This document shows positions 38,568-49,104 of a stretch of DNA of 64,000 nt, in pieces. The stretch comes from Glaucostegus cemiculus (taxonomy: Eukaryota). The notes below the pieces were generated by a model that saw nothing but the letters and a program-made list of their open reading frames with translations, searched no databases and had not been told where the DNA came from. Each line of letters starts with the position of its first letter. The first letter of the stretch is position 1. The translations under genes and the position numbers were made by a program. Location of the stretch: the NCBI GenBank assembly GCA_976551045.1, contig CDPCPM010000213.1, positions 558,001 through 622,000 of the forward strand. The letters are read 5' to 3'.

Positions 38568-38690
38568 GGATCCTGATGTAGGGTCTTGACCTGAAATGTC
38601 GACCACAGATGCTGCTTGACCCACTGAGTTCTTTCAGCATTTTGTTTCTTGTTCCAGATTCCAGCATCTGAAGTCTCCTTTGTCTTCACA
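38568..38690 (+). mobile_element. Penelope-derived short element with decayed hammerhead motif
   Basis: atcCTGATGTagggtcttgacctGAAAtgtcgac cacagatgctgcttgacccactgagttc...ccagattccagcatctgaagtc. Confidence 0.8.
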
Positions 38691-39349
38691 GTATACTGAT
38701 TATTGTGTGATGCTTGGAGCTGTAGTGTGTGGTGTTAAGTTGCATCAGGATTCCCGTTTCTGCTATTTACAGGCCGCCCCTTTAGAAAAGGACATGGTTC
38801 CAGTCATTTTAACAGGCATGCAGGAAAATTGATGATTTGTCACAGGCCCCTTCCCCTCCATTACCCTTACTGATCTATATCCCTGCCTGCCCCATCCCCT
38901 CTCCCACCAACCTCACATCCCTTCTCTCCCTCATATCTCTGCCTCCACCCCCACTTCCCCCACCTCATCAGCCATCAGGTTCTACCCTGGCCCCTGCCTG
39001 TTTTCTTCATGAGCTTTGTACAGGCACAGCACACAGAGGATAGGACTTCCCTCCGGATGCTGTGTGCTCAGACAACACTGAAATTACAAGTGGCAGACCC
39101 CAAGCAAAGCAGTCACTGGGGTGCCACATGGTGACTGATTAAAGCATCATCACAATGTATTTTGGGCAACGCTTAATATGTTGGAGCTGGAACCTGCTGC
39201 ACCTCAGTACTTTAAGGTGCAGTGACATGGGTTTTCCTGTATCTGTAGCATTTCCAATATAAAGTGGCATCTTCAATTCTGGACAAAGAAGGAAGGAAGT
39301 TTCATTATTAAGAAATGCAGTGCAACAGCTATTCAACTCCATGAATTTG

Positions 39350-40045
39350 TTCACCGTTTGGTTGGATCATAACTAATCTGCAGCTGAATCCTATTTACCT
39401 TTGCTCTATATCTCTGTAAATATACTTAAACATTTTTGAATTTTTTAACGGACTCAGCTCCTACAGCTCTTTGAAGGAGAGTGTTCTAGCTTGACATTAG
39501 CCTTGGTGGTTCCTAATTTCAATCCTGAATGGATCTATCTAATTTTAAAATCATGGTCTCTTGTTGTAAATCACTGTCAGAGGAAGCAATTGTTCTCCAT
39601 CCACTGGATTCTGTCTTACCATTTAACTACAATTCCATTGCATCAATCCACTAAACTCAAGGGAATACTTCCAGGCCTCATAATTTAACCCCTAGTGTTC
39701 CAGTGTAATTCTTTTGCAGTACATCTTTTCCAAGGCATCCAATCCAAAATTCCAAGCCCAAACCAAACTCACTATTTCAAAGCTGTCTGACCATGTTTCT
39801 ATAGAACTGAAGCATCACTTCTTTGGTTTTATATTCCAAACCCCTTGAGATAAAGAGCAACATTCCATTAGTCTTTTTGATTACTTTATGTACCAGTGCA
39901 CTAGCTTTTAGTGATTTGTGTCCTTGGATACCCAAATCCTTTGATCCTGCTTCCAACAATTCTAATATGTGTTCCCAGTTCCAAAGTCCATGACCTCACA
40001 TTTTCTCATATTGAACTCTGTTTGCCCTAGCTTTGCCCATGTTCA
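39350..40045 (-). mobile_element. CR1 LINE fragment
   Basis: ORF 39777-39959 contains KDLGIQGHKSLKASALVHKVIKKTNGMLLFISRGLEYKTKEVMLQFYRNMVRQL (CR1 RT C-terminal region). Confidence 0.8.
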
Positions 40046-41189
40046 ATGTCTAATCAAAGACAACTAAATATGCGGAAATTAAATATTAACATAATTAATT
40101 TTCTGTGTAATTGAAGCTCTTAAATTTTATTTTACATATGTTTCTTATTATAGACTGTTTGTCATGAAATTTTGTTGATTTTATCCCACATTCAAAGTCA
40201 GCCCAATGAAAGATGAGGAAGAAGTTCATTCCTGGTTACTTGTTCTACATGTACAAAATGGTAGTGGCTGCACATTGTTCTTAGCTTTGAAAACTCTTTT
40301 CCATTGAAATCAATAGATTTGTATTTCCATGCAAAAAGAATGTTTTACCATATTGTGCATTTGGCACAAGTGACTGAGGACAGGTTTCTATCTCACCGAT
40401 CCTACACATTGGTGTAAAACATCAATAAAAATTTCTTGTCTGTAGCCATTTGCGGATAAAAATATGTACAATTGGACCCATTCAATAAAACCAGGGGAAC
40501 AATAAAAATACACAATACATCAGCAATATAACTGCCAACCCACAAGGGTTTTGCTGGAGTGTGCAGTATTTCTTCCATCCTTTAGCTTTCCAGTTCTAAC
40601 ATTTATTTTGTTTCGTGGACAATAATAAATGCCACAAAGAAAGGTCTACCTGGTGCCGACTGGCTTTTTCTGTAGCCAGGGTAAAGACTATAAATTCATC
40701 ATACAATGAGTGAGAAATGGCCCTCTTTAAAGTGCTGACCACTGAAGAATGAAAAGACTATTAACATTCCAATCAACCCTTTCCAGACCTCTAGCATTGC
40801 CGTGCAGGATGGTTGATGCTGCGGAGAGAGCAAATAAAGGTGAACTTCAAGCAGCTCCCCAGCAAGCCAGAGTGTTTGTGTGTGAGCCTTTCAGGAAAGA
40901 CTAGTTGACTTCCTGAGGTACTGCAGGTAATCTGTGGCTTGCTGATGTTAACTGATAACCTGGTCTATTCCTTTGAGATCACCTCTCAGGTACCCACTGT
41001 GAAGAATTTTGCAAATAGATTGTGAGGTCAGCCAGAGTTTAACTTCTGGCCGGTGGAGCAAGATGTAAGGAAAACAATTTGAGAGAAGTTCGGGAGAAAA
41101 ATAGTTGCCCAAGGAATTGTGTAGCAGATAGAACTCCCTCGTCTCATTTCCATCTGGATTTTATGTTGCCAGTGACCCATCAGATTATG

Positions 41190-41675
41190 GAATTAAGTCC
41201 CACTCTAGCCACTTGTGTACATTAGATAGACTGAGAAGAGTGTGTACTGAAGGAGTATTGCCCTGGCAGTGGTGTGTTGGATTTGAATTTCACGCTTAAC
41301 TGAATCCTTGTCTACTCTGTCAGATGGATGTAAAAATCACATGGTGGCATTTTGAAAGCGAGCAGTGGGATTATCCCTGGTGTCCTAACCAATATTTATC
41401 TCTTAATCAACACCATCAAAAATAGACTATCTGATAATGTTGCTGTTTGTGTGTGTACTTCATTGGTTGTAAAATGCTTTCAGCTGTGTGACGTACGGGT
41501 TAGGAAGTTATGGGCATGCTATATTGGCACCAGAAGCATGGCGACACTTGCAGGCTGCCCCCCAAATCACTACGCAAAAGGTGTATTTCACTGTGTGTTT
41601 CGATGTACATGTGACTAATAAAGAGATCTTAACTTATGAGGGGTGCTATAAAATGCCCGTCATTGTTTCTTTATT
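41190..41675 (+). mobile_element. Deu-domain SINE with a tail-type-A SINE 3' piece nested at 41490-41637
   Basis: cagatggatgtaaaaatcacatgg...ccctggtgtcctaaccaatatttatc...tacttcattggttgtaaaatgcttt, then the insert, then resumes ggtgctataaaatgc. Confidence 0.8.
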
Positions 41676-42159
41676 TCTTTTCATCCAGTGACTATGAATG
41701 AATGGTATTCAGCAATGATTCCTTCTGTAAGAAGATTAGCAATAGAATAAAAGCCCTGAGGCTGATACTGCAATATGGCTATCATTAGCAACTTTCTTTA
41801 TTAGCATATTATGAATATTTTAATTCATAATCTATTGCAATCTCAAATTTTATATTTACATAATTGTGCATTTGTTTATTCATTAATGGTATAGGAAAAA
41901 ATGACTCTCAGCAGTACCACAGTATGAATTCTTGTGTTTGCCTCATTTTCTCAGTCCAGTCCTTTAACAGAGACTTTTGTAGATCCAGTTAAGAAAGGAA
42001 TATGATACAGGATTAGCACTGATGGTGCTCATTTCACTGGCAGACATTCATATCATTAATTTTTTGTACATGATTGTTGTTGGAATGGTTTAGTAAAATT
42101 TTGTTAACTGCTCTCATTTTTTAATAATAATTAAATGTGCACATAACATCTCAAGGCTC

Positions 42160-42292
42160 TGACATAAAAAAATCTACAGATGCTAGAATCTGGAGCAAAA
42201 CACAAAAAGTGCTAGAGGAAATCAGCAAGTCAGGCAGCATCCATGGAGGGAAAAAAAGTTGACGTTTCAGGCCGAGACCCTTCATCAGGACC
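42160..42292 (-). mobile_element. Penelope-derived short element
   Basis: Full family unit: ctacagatgctagaatctggagcaaaacac...gctagaggaaatcagcaagtcaggcagcatccatggaggg...gttgacgtttcaggccgagacccttcatcaggac. Confidence 0.85.
42258..42291 (-). ncRNA. minimal type-I hammerhead ribozyme motif, intact core
   Basis: Minus strand reads gtc-CTGATGA-a-GGGT-ctcg-GCCT-GAAA-C-GTC-aac. Has both conserved boxes, a GUC cleavage triplet and palindromic ACGU helix III. First helix-I pair is mismatched. Confidence 0.65.
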
Positions 42293-43649
42293 CTTCTCGA
42301 GGCTCTGCATTCTTCTATAAATACTGATGTTGCTCACTAAAGAAAACTTGACTTAAAAATGCCTAGAATTGGATAGCATTTCTTTATCACTGCACTCCTA
42401 GCAGTCATGGAAATCTCTTGTTTTTTAAATGTATAAAATACAAACTCATCCTATATGAATTATTTTACTGAGCTAAGTAAATTGAATTTAGCTGCTCTTG
42501 CATGCTTACTGATGCAGAAGAGCAGAGTGTTTAAAGGGTTAATTGAAATTGGATCTATATTGAAGTTTTTTTTCCAGTTTGTAAACAACCAATGGAAATA
42601 TATTTACCTGCAAAATTATTTTATCTGCAACGGTCTTGGTGTCAGAATTAATTCATTGTCCCATGCATACATATATTTTCTTCAGCCTCTCAAACAAGAT
42701 TTCCTTTATTTATGTATAGCTGCCACAGCTTAGAACTCATTAGTTTTTAAGTTTTATGGTGTGGTCCCAAGATCTCATTCCGCTGAAACCACTACAAATA
42801 GCTAATGTTATGTTTATTGGACTAAGGTATTCTGTATGAAGTTTTAAATTTTATTTAAGATAAAGGCAACTTTGATCCTTGAGGCAGTCAAAAAATATTC
42901 TGATGTTATCTCTGTGTCTTTAAAAAGCAAATGACTGAATTTTTAAAGAACCAGTTCCTCTAAAATGTAGATTTGAAACTATAACATTTGTGTATCCAAT
43001 ATGTATATTTTAGCGGCTGCTGTGAAATTAATCATTGTTCTATTCCCCCCTGCACCTGAAATCCTGGCCGATTGCCCAGTGCCCTCCCATGTTAGTGTAC
43101 AGACTTTAGTTATAGTGAAATTAAGTAAATGAATGATTTATGATGCCACTCTGATTGTCCTTGCCTGATGTGTGTTCTGGCACTACACAAACTTACCTTT
43201 ATACTTGTCTTGCATTTAGCTTCGTGTTAGCACTCTCACCTTTAACCTGATTAGTTCTAGATACCACAGTTAGGTATTGCAATGTTTTTGCTGGATTTAG
43301 GGTTCTGTACTGAGGAACCCTAGTTTCCAGCAGTCTGATCTCAGACTCGAGAAGTAAACTTCTGTCTTTATCCTGATGACACTGTAGAAAATAAATTCTT
43401 AAGCAAAGGCTTGGAATCTCCAACAGCAGCTGTAGTATGTTCCTCCCATTCAATGTAGTCTGCACTGCCAATTTGCTGTTTCCAACCAAGCAATGCTTAA
43501 GACTTGGGCAGTAAAAGCAAAAATCTTTCCCCAGAAGTCAAAGTACATAATAAATCAATACTGCCTTAACTGCATTGTGCAAATTGTGTGATGTTATCAG
43601 TTTTACCAAATACACTTAAGGAAGACCATCTATATATAATGAACCAAAA

Positions 43650-43750
43650 GCAGTTCTGTTGAAACATTAACCTGAAACATGAACTATGTTTCCCTCTCCA
43701 GAGATATGGCCTGATCTGCTGACTGTTTCCAGTATTTTCTGTTTTTATCA
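43650..43750 (+). mobile_element. Penelope-derived short element, old
   Basis: cagttctgttgaaacattaacctgaaacatgaac...ctccagagatatggcctgatctgctgactgtttccagtattttctgttttt. Confidence 0.7.
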
Positions 43751-45269
43751 CGTATTATGAGTTTTCTATATCCCTCCTGCAATGGAGCTGTTCAAATCAT
43801 TTCCCTAAATTTCACAATTCACCATCCATTGGATTTTTGGATTACGTGACTAGATCTAAACTCGCCTTGGACTTTGCAATCCAGCTGGACAGACAGCTCA
43901 GACAGATATATCTAAAGTTACCTAAAGATAGACAACACACATCAAAGATTTTTCTCTCTCCAGTGCTGTCTATTTAGTTGCCCAACACCAGTCTCCTATT
44001 GAATGAATCTCATAAAATATGATGCATTTTTGTACCAGGATCACTCATATGTCAGTTTACTCAGCAAAGTTGCTGTCAGAGTTAAATCCATAATAGATTT
44101 GTTTTGAGAAGATTTCCAATATCCAGTAATTCTGTGTAAATAGCAAGTTATCTAGAACTGGCCTTTTTGCTGCAATCTTCCCTGGAGATTGTCAAAAATG
44201 ACCTTGGCGAAGAATAATGTAGCCGGTTTTTCACTTCCAAGTGAAAATAAATGCTTCATTTAATGGTTTCAAGGAAAGTACTTTTCATTGTGTAGGGTAA
44301 TATATTGGGGAAAAAAATCTCCTTTTCTAATTTCATGAGTTTGTCAGAAAACTAGATTTTTTGGTTATCTGTTATTTGAAATTGCAAAGTTATTTTAATC
44401 CACGGGTATTAATAAGAGAGATGGAACGTAATACTTAGTTCACTAAGGCATCACGTTAGCTCTGATAACATTGTCTTCATCTTTTCAATATCGGCTTCAG
44501 CTTCTTTGCATTTATTTGGAGTTAGCTTTGGATCAGTGGTAGCATTCTGAGCAGCTTGATAGGCTATTTACATTACAGTACATTCATCTCCCATTCCTTA
44601 GTCTATTTGCATCCAATTCTACTGAATGCCAATTTATGAATTATATGAACTAGAGGTTACCAAGGAATGATAAGGGCTCAGAACCACAGACCTGGACTCA
44701 TCCTGACAAGAGAGGAGCAGTAAATGCTGTCGTCTAAAGTTAATGGCTTCTCTTTTAGTTCTTAAGCCCTACGGCCCACGATAGTCTGTGTCGACTATCA
44801 ACTGCCCATTTACACTCATCCTACGCTGTCTTATTTTATTCTCCCCACATTCCCATCCACTGTCCCAGGTTCTACTACTCACCCACACACAACTTGTGTT
44901 AGCCTAATACACCTACTAACCCTCTCTTTAAAGGAATGAAGGTCCTATTCACCTTCAGAACATAAAATAATTCAAACTGGATCAATATTTTGTGACAGGT
45001 CTTTGCTCTCCTTAATCAATAATATTATTTTCCACATTGATTGCTTAAGTCTATCCAAAATAAGAGAAAACTAGCCTCTCTGTCAGAAGAACATAAACTA
45101 ACCAATAGCAATAGGTCTGATGTGGTAGTGCTGGCTGGTAGACTGTTGTGGTTTTTTGATTATAATCCAGTTTATACTTTGAAGGCTGTGGTCCATATTC
45201 CAAATTGGCAAATTGTCAAAATGGACTCTCTTAAGTAAAGTATTATTGGTAGAATATTCTGAATGGTTT

Positions 45270-45528
45270 TTCTTCCTTTTTCTCAGGGTGGTGAATCTCT
45301 GGAATTGTCTACCCTAGAGGGCTGTGGAGGCTAGATCAATGGGGATTTATTTAAAGAGAAAATAAATAAAGATTTGAAAGATCAGGTAATAGAGAGCTAT
45401 GGAGAACTGGCAAAGAAAAGGAATTGAGGCCTGGGACATATCAACCATGAACATCTGAATGAGTGGACAGACATGAAGGGCAAGAATGACCTACTTCTGC
45501 TCCTATTTTCTTCTGTTCTTATGTTCTC
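45270..45528 (+). mobile_element. CR1 LINE 3' end
   Basis: tctcagggtggtgaatctctggaattgtctaccctagagggctgtggagg...gacctacttctgctcctattttc...cttatgttct. Confidence 0.8.
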
Positions 45529-46308
45529 TGGAGGGATATACCAGATGCCTCAGGGTCAGAAAAAAGTCTCCCATAAATGCCTGGCTTTAGTTTGCAATTT
45601 TTGTGCAAGTCCTAAGCTTGCTGGTTGTGATTTACTGCCTTACACAGTGACATCTGGAGTGTGATGCCCATCATGAAAATCTTCAGATGATTGGATTGTT
45701 GATGGCTTTGATTGTAGTTTGACAACCTTTAGCAATCATTTACATTGGTCAGAATCTAGTAGTGAAATGGTAGTAAAAACAAAAATGGCTTTGATATAAA
45801 TGGAATAACTTTATTAATAAACAGCTGCTCAACTAGATGTAAAAAGATGATCAGTTACAGCATCTTGTCTAAACTCTATATGCCTCATTGTGAATTCTAC
45901 AACGCATGGTACTGCAAAGGTCTAGATGCAATGTTGCAATAACAGAATTTGGTTGCACCTGAGGCCTCTGTCACACCATTGGATGATACACATTTTCACA
46001 TTTGACTGGAGGCACAAGACTGCAGATGCTGGAATCTAGAGCAAAAAACAAGCAACCACCGAACCTACTTCCCAACGCTGGGTTTTGGTTTAGTCAGGCA
46101 AGGGGGCTGGGGGGGGGGAGCAGGGAAGCAGATTCATTGGAGACTTGTAGTGTTCTTCATGCTGAAATGTTCTGACACTCTCCTGTGTGTGGGTAGTTGG
46201 GGTGGGGAGGGACTAGGAATACTGCGGATGTGAGGGTTAGAGGGAGGTAGGAATGAAGGTCCAGGAGATCAGCTTGGTTTGGGAGGGAAAAAAAAATTGG
46301 GGATATTG

Positions 46309-46568
46309 GGCGGCACGATAGCGTAGCGGTTAGCGCGACGCTGTTACAGCACCAGCGATCGGGGTTCGATTCCCGTCGCTGTCTGTAAGGAGTTTGTACA
46401 TTCTCCCGTGTCTGCGTGGGTTTCCTCTGGGTGCTCCGGTTTCCTCCCACATTCTGAAAGACTTACGGGTAGGTTAATTTGGGGGTTAAAAATGGGCGGC
46501 GTGGACTCGGAGGGCCAAAAGGGCCTGTTACCACGCTATAAATAAAATTTGGAAAAAAAATTAAATTT
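46309..46568 (+). mobile_element. tRNA-derived V-domain SINE, tail type B, full length, young
   Basis: Pol III A box TAGCGTAGCGG 46319-46329 and B box GGTTCGATTCC 46363-46373. CpGs largely retained. 6-bp direct repeat atattg at 46303-46308 and 46569-46574. Confidence 0.92.
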
Positions 46569-47374
46569 ATATTGCAGATTGCAGAGTCAGGGGTTTGCTG
46601 GAGATGAGACTAATGGGAGGGGGTGGATGATGATGGGGTATACAGTTGAATTTAATGCAGGGAAGGATCAAAGGTTTGGGTAGACATTCCATTTACCTGG
46701 CAGTCATTCCCATCCAGTTTTGTGCTGCAAGACCATGGTATCCCAGGGGCATCCAGTGGTGGCACTTTGCAGGAAATGTACTCCGATTTCCCTGCACTGC
46801 TCCAAAAAGAATGATGCTATCCCATGCACTCCTGATGGAGAAATCTTGTCACCACTGGAAGGGTGACTCACTGGGATGTGGCTGGTTGAATTTTTCAAGT
46901 GTAAAAAGCAACCCGGACACATTCGGTGTTGAGCTTAACTCATGGACAGACATTAGTTTTCCCATTAGATGACATGTCAACAAAGGCCATCTTGGTGTTT
47001 ACCAAATGCCTGTTAATGTGGGTGGCAAACTTGGAAAGTGTCATCTTGGCTGGAGATTGCTGATGGCAGATTTTAACTACCCTTGGCATGTAAGAAGCGA
47101 TGTGCACTGTTCATTTGAATTTGATTCTGGTTTTCCTAAGCTCCAAAGCATTATGGTTTCCAGCAGCAATTATTAAAATGTCTTGGCTACTGGATCGTTG
47201 GCTGTGGTCACCATGTTTAATTTTGTTTGCCTGGAATTGGATTATGTAATGCCATGTTTTCCTACACAAGAGGTTCAATTTCATTGAAAGGTCAGGTATA
47301 AAGAAAAGATTGACACTTCTTTCCATGTCGTTCCTGCTTCAGACATGCTGGAAATTGGAGGAAGGGAGGGGCAA

Positions 47375-47560
47375 GATATGATAAGATAGATGAGATATCT
47401 TTATTAATCACATGTACATCAAAACACACAGTGAAATGCATCTTTTGCATAGAGTGTTCTGGGGGCAGCCCGCAAGTGTCACCATGCTTTTCGGGTGTTC
47501 CGGTTTCCTCCTACATTACAAAAGACGTATGGGTTAGGAAGTTGTGGGCATGCTATATTG
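47375..47560. mobile_element. tail-type-A SINE with internal inversion
   Basis: 47375-47490 is the 3' tail on the minus strand. 47491-47560 is the adjacent upstream segment on the plus strand. Confidence 0.85.
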
Positions 47561-48250
47561 CAGTAACATCCAGGGGTATACAAGGCATTCTCCAACATCA
47601 CTTCTGTGAACTTGGATTTTTAGTTCACTGATGTCCAGCTTTGTGCAGGGTCTGATCTATCCCACATCCCGGTTCTCCCTCCTGAACCACATCCCTTCAA
47701 CTTCCTGGGTCATGTTCCTTCTCCCACAATCCCACCCCAACTTGAACCAGTATTTAATTTCCTTGGTCTGCTTCACAGTGGGGCTCAAGTGCCTCTGAAT
47801 CCAAGGTGATTGTCCTCTGAGCAGAACATTAGCATGTCTTCATTAGCATACCTTCCTAAACCTGCCTTTACTGGAGCTGTTATGCTGAATGGTAGAAAAA
47901 AGAAAACCAATGATTTGATAAAGTGGATTTTATTTCACTTTTTTATTCTTCAAACTCTTCCTCATTATAAACAATTGCATCTATTAACCAGCCAATACAA
48001 TCATATAATCTGATGTGCCATTCACTTGCTGTTTTACAGGTGTACTCACCCAAGCATAAAGCTTTCTGACAAATTATATGCTCAGCAGTTTTCTGTTTTG
48101 CTGATGTCTACATCCTGCTGTGGAAAATTTCTGTTTAGTGCATTTGTTTTATTAAGAAACTATATATCGCTTGGTCATGACAGAGCCTGCATAAAATAAC
48201 TCACCTTCTACATCCCGTTTTGACATCTTTGCTTTTTTTGTCCCCTCCAG

Positions 48251-48360
48251 GATCAGCATATTATGACAACGTTCGCCCGCTGGCCTATCCTGACTCGGAT
48301 GCAGTGCTAATCTGTTTTGACATCAGTCGTCCGGAGACTCTAGACAGTGTTTTAAAGAAG
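48251..48360 (+). CDS. RND2: RND2 coding exon 3 (switch II)
   Basis: Acceptor ctttttttgtcccctccAG. The exon is 110 nt, encoding (G)[36 protein letters not shown]. Donor aag|GTTGGT. Confidence 0.97.
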
Positions 48361-48649
48361 GTTGGTGTCTGCCTCTGGTTGTTTGAAGGAAGTAGACCAG
48401 TTGAGTTGCACAAAGGAGTTTAAAGGAAAAGTATTAGCACTGCTGGAAGGCAGAAATTACCTTCTGTATACGTTTTAGCAACATTGATTCGCACAGTTGG
48501 GTGAAACTTCTGTCTGTGCTATTTTTATCTAGATTTTACTCTGAGGAATTTGTGTTCAAACAACGTTATAGTGAACCCAGATACCTAATCAAACCAGATA
48601 ACCAATTCATTTCTACAGTGTAATTCTTAAGATATGCTTTTGAACATCT

Positions 48650-49104
48650 TCAGAATCAGAATCAGAATCAGTTTTATTGTCACAACCATATACATACATA
48701 GTATGCATAGGAGCGAGATACCGTCCTCCTCAGGTGCTCGTCCCATTAAATAACAACCAACAGAGACACACAGACACACTTAACAGAATAAACATTAAAA
48801 AACATTAAATATTAAAAACTACGGAAGTTAAAATTAAATTAATACGCAGATTAAATTAAAAATGGCCGGTAAATAAATAAATAGTTATTAAAGTGAACGG
48901 GCTGGTGTCGGGCATTTAAAGTGCTGGTGCATTTCTGTGCACCTAGCATCTCTTAGTGTTAACAAAGGAAGATGGAGGGATGAGAGAGTTTGCAGTTCTG
49001 ATGGCTTGCGGAAAGAAGCTATTGTTCAGCCTGGTCGTTCTTGCCCTGATACACTTAAGCCTCCTCCCTGATGGCAAAATTGTAAAGAGGTGGTGGGAGG
49101 GGTT
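48650..49104 (-). mobile_element. Rex1/Babar LINE 3' end
   Basis: Minus-strand peptide NPSHHLFTILPSGRRLKCIRARTTRLNNSFFPQAIRTANS is the typical Rex1 ORF C-terminus. Ends gtgacaataaaa(ctgatt)n; seen on + as (cagaat)3. Confidence 0.85.

Noticed and set aside
46309-46385. tRNA gene
   Set aside because: A and B boxes are present, but the sequence continues into a SINE body and tail with a TSD and has relatives in the window. It is a SINE head.
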